Below, piece by piece: positions 18,601 through 27,600 of a stretch of DNA of 64,000 nt. The notes under the pieces were generated by a model. That model made no database searches, had not been told where the DNA came from, and saw only the letters and a program-made list of their open reading frames with translations. The DNA comes from a virus (lineage: Duplodnaviria; Heunggongvirae; Uroviricota; Caudoviricetes): the IMG/VR virus record IMGVR_UViG_3300042484_002423. One strand, given 5' to 3'. Within the stretch, counting starts at the first letter, position 1. Each line of letters opens with the position of its first letter. The position numbers were made by a program, and so were the translations under genes.

Positions 18601-21600
18601 GACATCAGTTCAGGATCAGTTAGAGAGTATGATAGTCGTAGTACTTTTGAAAAGTTGTTGGGATGGCAAACAGCCGCAGTTGACAGTCAAATATATCAAC
18701 AATTCAAGTTTACCTATTCAGGAGAAAATCTCAAACTTGATGTTGCAGTAAAAGATCAGGCCAGCATTGATGTACCAGTCATCAAAATTTATGTTGGAAC
18801 ACAGTTCCAACAACAGCAAAATTATACCTATTCTGTTGGTTCAAATAGTACGGTAATTACATTTGGATCAGATGTAGTAATTCCTCCAGGCGACATCATT
18901 GAAGTATTGGCCTTGAGTGACGAAACAAGTAGAGTAGGATTCTATCAAGTACCAATCAACCTTGAAAGCAACCCACTCAATGCTAACTCACCAAGATTTA
19001 CCCTTGGAACGATTCGCACTCATTATCAAAGCATTTGTGAGAACTTGACAGCACTTAGCGGTCCCATCAACGGTGCTAACAATTTACGAGATCTTGGAAA
19101 TGTAGTTCCTTATGGCTTGGTGATTCTGCAACAGAGCGCACCATTGACTCTGGCTGGATATTTCTTGCGCAGCAAAGACTACAACATTTTTGATTCAATT
19201 CGATACAACAGTCGCGAATATATCAAATACAAAGCTCAGTTAATGGATGCTGTGATAAAGCAAAACATTGGGTTTCAAACAACCGGGCAAATTTTAGATA
19301 CTGCAATTCAAGATGTGACCCTGGGCAAAGTTGACACACAGCCATTCTACTGGAGTGACATGTTGCCACAGGGAATTACAACCTATAGCAACACCTACAC
19401 AGTTAGTTTTATTACAACCAACATATTTGACACTGTACAAGTATACAACTACGAATCAGCAAACTATCTTGGATTACTGGTTTACTTGAATGAAGAACTA
19501 CTCACACGTGGGGTTGACTACGAAGTTGCAATTGACGGTCCTCGAGTAACTATTTTGACCACTCTTGTAGTGGGAGATAAAATTACCATCAATGAATACT
19601 CAACAACATATGGCAGTTTTGTTCCCAATACTCCTACAAAACTAGGACTATACCCTGCTTGGCAACCTAAAATTGTTGAACAAGAATCAAGTAATGGACT
19701 TGTTCAAGCCATCATTGGACACGACGGCAGTGTAACCAAGCTATTTGGAGACCTCCGTGATTCAGTGTTGTTAGAGTTTGAAACAAGAATTTACAACAAC
19801 CTCAAACTTGACGACAATCCTGTACCATTAACAGTGTATGATGTGCTGCCAGGCCAATTCCGAGACACTGGATACGCATTTAGCGAAATCAGCTCAATCC
19901 TGGGTACAGATTTGTTGAGCTACTGTGGCTGGAACAAAATTGATTACAAGTCACAAGATTTTAACTCAACCAACGAGTTTACTTGGAACTATAGTTCGTC
20001 ACAGAACAAACTCAACAATGAAAACTTGTTGGGCGCTTGGCGAGGAATTTATCGTTACTTCTATGATACTCAGCAACCAAGTTTGACTCCATGGGAGATG
20101 CTGGGATTCAGCATAGAGCCCACCTGGTGGCAAGATCGTTACGGACCAGCACCATACACGTCAGACAACCTGGTGTTATGGGACGACCTAGAAGCCGGCT
20201 ATGTTGCAGACCCAGTTGTGCCATATTACTTGCCAGAATTTGCAAGACCCGGACTAACAACAGTGTTGCCAACAGGCACCCAAGGCGAATTAGTGAGCCC
20301 GCTAAATTCAGTAGTTGGCGGATTTGATAACTTACAAATTCAAAAATCATGGGCCGTAGGCGATGGTGGACCCGTTGAAGCTTCTTGGTGGAACAGCTCA
20401 GGCTATGCTTTTGCAGTGATGCAGGTGTTGGCCGTTACTCGACCAGCAAAGTTTTTTGCATTGTTTGCAGACCGAGACCTGTATCGTTACAACAACGAGT
20501 ATCAACAATATCTATACAACAACCGATATAGACTGGATGCCAATGGCATTGAAGTATACGGTAACGGAGTCAGCAAAGCCAGTTATATAAATTGGATCGT
20601 TGACTACAACAGAATCACTGGGATTGACTCAACCAACACGCTATCTGCTGATCTTAAAAACTTAGATGTGCGGTTGTGCTACCGCATGGCCAGTTTCAGT
20701 GACAAACAGTACATCAAGTTGTACACAGAAAAGTCCAGTCCCAACTCAACAAACACTGCGCTGTTGATTCCAGACGAAAGTTACGACTTGATATTGTACA
20801 AGAACCAAATTTTTGATCGTATTACCTACAGTTCAGTAGCAATTCAAAAAACAGCAAGTGGAGGATATGCTGTGTTTGGTTACGGTACTACCCAGCCATA
20901 TTTTAATATTGTTGCCAGCAAGTCTGTGGGTCGTTTACAAACTTACAGTTCAGGCGGAGTTACAATAAAAGTACCAACGTTTTATACTGACAATATTGTT
21001 CAAGTTCCGTATGGGTTTGTGTTTGAAAGTGTAACTAGTGTTGCAGACTTTTTGCTGAGCTACGGAAAATACCTTGATAAACAAGGGCTGAGTTTTACCA
21101 ACGTTGCAAATGGTTATGTGCTTGACTGGCCTCGCATGGTCAATGAGTTCCTGTACTGGAGCCAACAGGGCTGGAGTGACGATGCAATTATTAATTTGAA
21201 TCCCTTGGCCGATGGATTAACCATTACCAAGCTGTTGTCTGTGGTTGATAACATACGAGCTCAAACAACTGAGAACTCAGTGCTTGATCAAAACAGTCGA
21301 GAATTCCCAGCTCGCAATCTAAACATTGTACGAGTCGGAAATACCTTTGCACTTCAGTCACTGAATGATCAATCAATAAGTTTTGTTGATTTAAACTTTA
21401 CAAATTATGAACACATTATTGTTTTAAACAATCAAAGTGTTTTTGGTGACTTAATTTATGATCCAACAACCGGCGCACGCCAGAGCCGACTCAATCTCAT
21501 AGCATTGACCAGTGATGATTGGGACGGAACTGTTAACGCACCAGGTTTTATCTTGAATCAAGACAACGTTCAAGAATGGACTGGTCTACGCACCTACAGC

Positions 21601-24600
21601 AAAGGTGAAATTGTCAAATACAAAAATGTGTATTGGAGTGCGCTAAAGATTGTTCAACCTGGTGCTACATTCAATTTCAACGACTGGGCACAAAGTGACT
21701 ACAATCAAATTGAACTTGGCTTGTTACCCAACATTGCCAACAAAGCAGATCAACTGGTAACCACATACGACATCAACTCAGCCAACATTGAGACTGACAC
21801 TGACCTATTGAGTTATGGCTTGATTGGATTCCGTCCTCGTCAGTATCTGGCTGCATTGAACCTAAGTGATGTTAGCCAAGTCAACGTGTATCGACAGTTT
21901 TTGGGCAACAAGGGCACAATTCTCAGTGCTGAATTGTTCAAGGGTGCAAACTTTGGCAAAGAAGCTGCTGACTATGATGTTTATGAAAACTGGGCAGTAC
22001 AACGTGCAGTATATGGTGCCAATGCCAACAGAAGTTTCTTTGAACTACGATTAAATCGTGCGCTGTTGAATGCTAACCCAAGCTTGATTCAAGTGGTGTA
22101 CCCACAGCAGACTAGCCAGGCTGATCAAGCTATATTGCTCAGTAATGTTTGGAGACAAAGTTATAAACTTACCAGCACAGATATTCTGCCAACAACCACA
22201 GAGCTGCCAACTGACATTGGACTTCCAACCGCTGGTTATGTGAGCTTGAATGATGTTGATCTCACAGTGTTCAATATCAACGACACAGCAAGTCTAGACG
22301 AAAATCTTGACAGTATCAAAGTTGGAACAAGTATCTGGGTTGCCAAAATCAACGACTATGACTGGAACATTTATCGAGCTGAGTCGGTCCCTGGTATCAT
22401 TGAACACGTTTGTGATAACTTAGATGGCACCAGCCGTGTGATCTTTAACAAACAGCACGGCTTATCTGCTGGTGACAAACTAATTATTAAATTCTTTGAC
22501 ACTGAAGTCAATGGTGTTTACACAGTTCTTAGTGTGGTAAATCTTAACACAGTGAACATTAGATTTAGATTTACTGGTGACCGTGCAGTTGCAAATGGCC
22601 AAGGACTTGGATTTACACTGCAAACCATGCGTGTTGCACAAGCTAGCGATGTGTTGAATTTGCCTTATGCCAATACGCTTGTGCCTGGAGCCAAGGTATG
22701 GGTTGACAATGATAGCAATGGTCTTTGGGAAGTACTTGAAAAACAAGAAGTATTCTCAAGCAATACCGTGCTGTCTCCCAAACTATTGGACAAAGACGAG
22801 CAATATGGATCAAGTATTGCACAAGCGCGAAATAGATTAGCAGTGTTTGTTGGCTCACCAAGATACAACTTTGGCTCAGGTATTGCCAAAGGTGCGCTTT
22901 ATGTGTACGTTAAAAATTCTGAAGGCAATTACACACCAGTTAGTCCCTTGGGCGAAGATGATGCTATCTTGACCTTGGATAGCACTGGAGTTCGCGGCTA
23001 CGGTAATGCAGTGGCGTTTGGTGACCAAACTTGGGCAGTTGCAGGGGCAAGTGCAAGTTTAGGAACAGGCAGCCTGCCCAATGTTGGCTACGTCAGCGTG
23101 ATTTATCGTGACCCGGCACTGGGACAGCCTGGTGTTATCCCTTATGCTCAATGGCAACTATTGACCCCGCACTCATCTGGAGATCGTGCACTGGCTGGTG
23201 AGTTTGGTTATGCAGTTACCATGAGTCAAGACGAGCGTTGGATGTATGTAGGTGCTCCGGGCATCAACAAAGTTTATGCTTATGGTCGTGTGGACTATCA
23301 AGATCAATTTGTTCGCACACGTGGCAATGGTGTAACAACACAAGTGTACATTACAAATACAATTCAAATTGATCAAGCCACACAGCTAAAAGTCATTGTG
23401 GACAATCGTGTGTTGACCCTTGGCGTTGACTACACCGTACACTCTCAGAGTGGTGTATTTGATTACGTTGAATTTACAACTGCGCCTGCTGTTGATGTAT
23501 TGATTGATATTCAACGAATCTATGTGCAACCATTTAGCTCAGTAACAAACACAATTTCACTCAACGAGAACTTGTTTACTGCTGACAACATTTATTCATT
23601 TTCAATTAGTGTTAACAACATTCTGCTACGACCATTCATTGATTACACTTTTGATGAAATCACCAAAGACGTAACTTTTACGCCTGCGTTAAGCAGCGCC
23701 AGTGTGTTGGTCAATTCTCAAAGTTATTTTGAATATGTTGCAACCCTTGATACCACCAGCCTTGGATTGATCTCAGGTGCTCGTTTTGGTCAGTCAGTAA
23801 GTTGCAGCACCGACGGGCGACAGGTCATGATTGGTGCTTCGTATCAAACTGTCACTGGCAAAGTTGAAGCTGGTGCAGTATATGTGTTTGATCGCAACGT
23901 GCAACGCTTTATCTACGGTACCGACGCCAGCAGCACCAGCTTTACCTTGCTTGGTACTGTGACTGCCCCAATGAGCGTGATTGTCAACAATGTGTTCTAT
24001 CTCAATCAAGATGCAGCAGCAGTTAATGCTACAAATACATTTGTGTGGGATGGAGCAAACACAGTAACAATCAATGGCAATTTGCAAATTGGTGATGTGG
24101 TCGAAATTGAAACCAATCAATTCCGATTAATACAAGCAATTCCGCAAAATCAAGTAGCGGAGTTTTCTAACTACGGTGCCGCAGTTGATCTTTGCAGTTA
24201 CAATTGCAGTCTTTACACTGGTGCGCCGCAGAGCAGCCTCCAGGCATACAAGACTGGAACAGTTGAACGTCGTGTGAATCAAAGCCGTGTGTATGGCACA
24301 ACCACAAGTTTAGCTGCCAACGCAACTTTGACCACTGGTAATACTATTAGAGTCAACAATCAAGACGTTGCGGTTCCTGGCGCTTGGAGCTCATTGTCAT
24401 CGTACAACAAAGATACTGTGGTTTACAACACCAGCGGCTCAGTCACAACAATTTACCGTGCTCTACAGCAGGTGTCACCAGGAATTGCAATTACAAACAC
24501 CTCCTACTGGAGCACAGTTTCTAGCACTACATCACTGGCACGAATTTATGTGCAAGCTCTAGCAGCACAAATTGTTGCGTCTGTGCCAAACGTGTTGGCC

Positions 24601-27600
24601 ACAGTTAATACCAATGGGTACCTTACTGTTTCTGTCAAGAACAACAATGCTGCTCCAGAATTTAACAAAGTGCAAGTAGCACCAGGCAGTGTCGGAACAG
24701 CATTTGACACCTTGAACTTTGTGACCTATGCATGGACACAAAACATTCAAAGTCCGTATCCTGTGGAGTTTGGCGGTTTTGGCTCAAGCCTTGAAATTGA
24801 CGACTCTGCGCTGAACCTGGTTGTAGGTGCACCCAAGGGAACATTGTATATTGTACAAGAGTTTGACGACGGTACAACAATTTTTGATGTTGGTGCTACA
24901 GAATTTTTTGCAATAATTGTGCAAAGCGGGGCAGTTTACACATTTGACTATTTGCCAAGTGCTACACAGAGCATTACAAATCCAGGAAAGTTTGTTTTTG
25001 GATCACAAATATCATCTAATGATTTATACTCTTACGATTTGTTTGGAACTGCGGTAAGTTATAATTCAGGAGTGCTCATGGTTGGTTCACCAGGAACTGA
25101 TATTGGTGACTCAAGTTCATCTAACTTTGGTGGAGTTTTTGTTTACGAAAACCCAAGCCGTCAACCAGCTTGGACTATAGTAACAAAACAACAGCCAGTA
25201 GTAGATATCAGACTGTTGAATTCTGTATTCCTGTATGATCGAATCACCAGCGCAACTACTGAGTTTTTGGATTTTATCAATCCGTTGCAAGGTAAAATTC
25301 TAGGTGCTGCCCGACAAAACATTGACTACATTGGTGCTGTAGATCCTGCAGCCTACAACGCTGGTCCAGTGAATATTCGCGGCACTACCTGGAGAGAAAA
25401 TCACATTGGCGAAATTTGGTGGGACACCAGCACTGCAAGATTTATTGATCCTAACCAAGACAACATAACATATGCAAGTCGACGTTGGAGCCAGCTATTC
25501 ACAGGTTCAAGTGTAGATGTGTATCAATGGATTGCCAGTCCGCTACCACCAGCACTGTACAACAGCGAAGGTGTGCCAAAAGACACTGTCAGTTACACTA
25601 TTAATTCAAGACTGTCTAAAGATGGTACTATTGTAACTGAATACTATTTCTGGGTACGTGGTATCACAGTTACTGCAACCAAGACTGGTAAGACTTTGCC
25701 TGCAAGCACCGTGGCAAATTATATTGAAAGCCCACGTGCAAGTGGCATTCCTTATATTGCACCAATCAATGCCAACACAATTGCAATATACAATGCCAAC
25801 GAGTATATTGAAGCAGAAGACACAATTATCAACATTGAATTTGATCGTGAACTCACAACCAGCAATGTTCACGTTGAATACGAATTAATTGCACAGGATC
25901 GCGCTGATGGCTTCTTGAGCACAAACTTGTATAGAAAACTTCAAGACAGTTTCTGTGGAGTTGACAGTTTTGGTAATTTGGTTCCTGACGTCAACTTAAA
26001 TCCAGCTGAACGCTATGGCGTACAGTTCCGTCCACGTCAGTCAATGTTTGTGGATCGTTTTGCTGCATTAAAGAACTATCTCACAAGAGCCAATGCTGTA
26101 CTAGCACAGTTCCCTGTTAGTGAGAACCGCTCGTTTAATCTGTTGAATTCTGCTGAACCTGAACCAAGTGCAAGTTCTAGTAAATGGAATCTTCGAGTTG
26201 CAAACTTAGAAATCTTGGGATTCCAGAATATCAATTCAGTGCCGTTGGGATATCGTTATCTTGTTGTAACAGACAGCAACAACCGAGGCTTATGGACAAT
26301 CTACACTGTAGAAGCAAGCGACAGTGTTGTTGGACAACGTGAGCTAGTTCTCACCAGCGTTCAAGGTTACAACACACAGGATTACTGGAGTTACATCAAC
26401 TGGTATCGCCCAGGATACAATTCAAGCACTCGCGTAATTACTGAAGTCAACACATTCAGCAGTCTTAGCACACTATCTGTGCCTGTGGGCAGCAGCGTCA
26501 AGGTCACAGCCAACGCACAAGGTAAATGGGAAATTTATTTGTTGACTGAGCTTGCCTGGGAAAGAGTTGGCTTACAGGATGGAACTATTGCATTCAGTGC
26601 TGAGTTGTGGGACTATGCACTGGGCCGCTTTGGCTTTGACGTTGAGGTATTTGACGCACAGTACTTTGATCAAGAGCCTGTGATTGAAACTAGAAAAATC
26701 ATCCAAGCTATCAATGAAGAACTGTTTGTTGATGACCTAGCAATTGAACGCAATCGTGCCTTGGTACTGATGTTTAACTTTGTGTTGAGCGAATTCTCTG
26801 CGCCTGAGTGGCTTGTAAAAACCAGCTTGATCGACGTTGATCATAGAATTCGTGAGCTAATACCGTACCAAAACTATATTCGTGACAATCAGGAATTTGT
26901 TGAACAGTACATCAAAGAAGTCAAACCATATCACGTTCAAATTCGCGAGTTCAATCTTAAATACAGCGGCTTTGATAGATATCTTGGTGATGCCACTGAC
27001 TTTGACGTTCCTGCATACTACGACACAAGTCTAGAGATACCGCAATATATCAGTCCCATACTATTGCCATATACTGCTGGCACGGCTTTCAACAGCGAAA
27101 GCAATGTTCTAAGCAATACTCCAGCATCAAGTACACTATGGCAGACCTGGCCCTACAGTCAGTGGTACTCTAACTACCTGTTGGAGCTAGTAACCATTGA
27201 AGTAATTGACGGCGGTGTTGGATACACTGAGGCTCCTAGTATTGAAGTATCAGGGTATGCTGCTGTTCCAGCACAGGCTGTTGCAGTGCTCAATAGTTTT
27301 GGACAGATTACTGCAATTAACATAACTTCTCCAGGGTCTGGATACACTGCTGCACCAGAAATTATTTTCAACGGCGGCAACGGCACAGGTGTTCGCGCAT
27401 ATCCTATAATGAGTGGCCAAGGCCTGGGCCAGAACTACAATTCAAGCACAGTGCCTGAAACTGTCAACAACTACACACTGGCGCGAAGCTTCCGTACAGT
27501 GATCAAGTATGATCGATTCCAGTATCAGAGCAGTGTTGTAGATTGGGAATCAAATGCAACTTACCAAGACGGCACTTTGGTGCGTTATGATGATCGCGTA

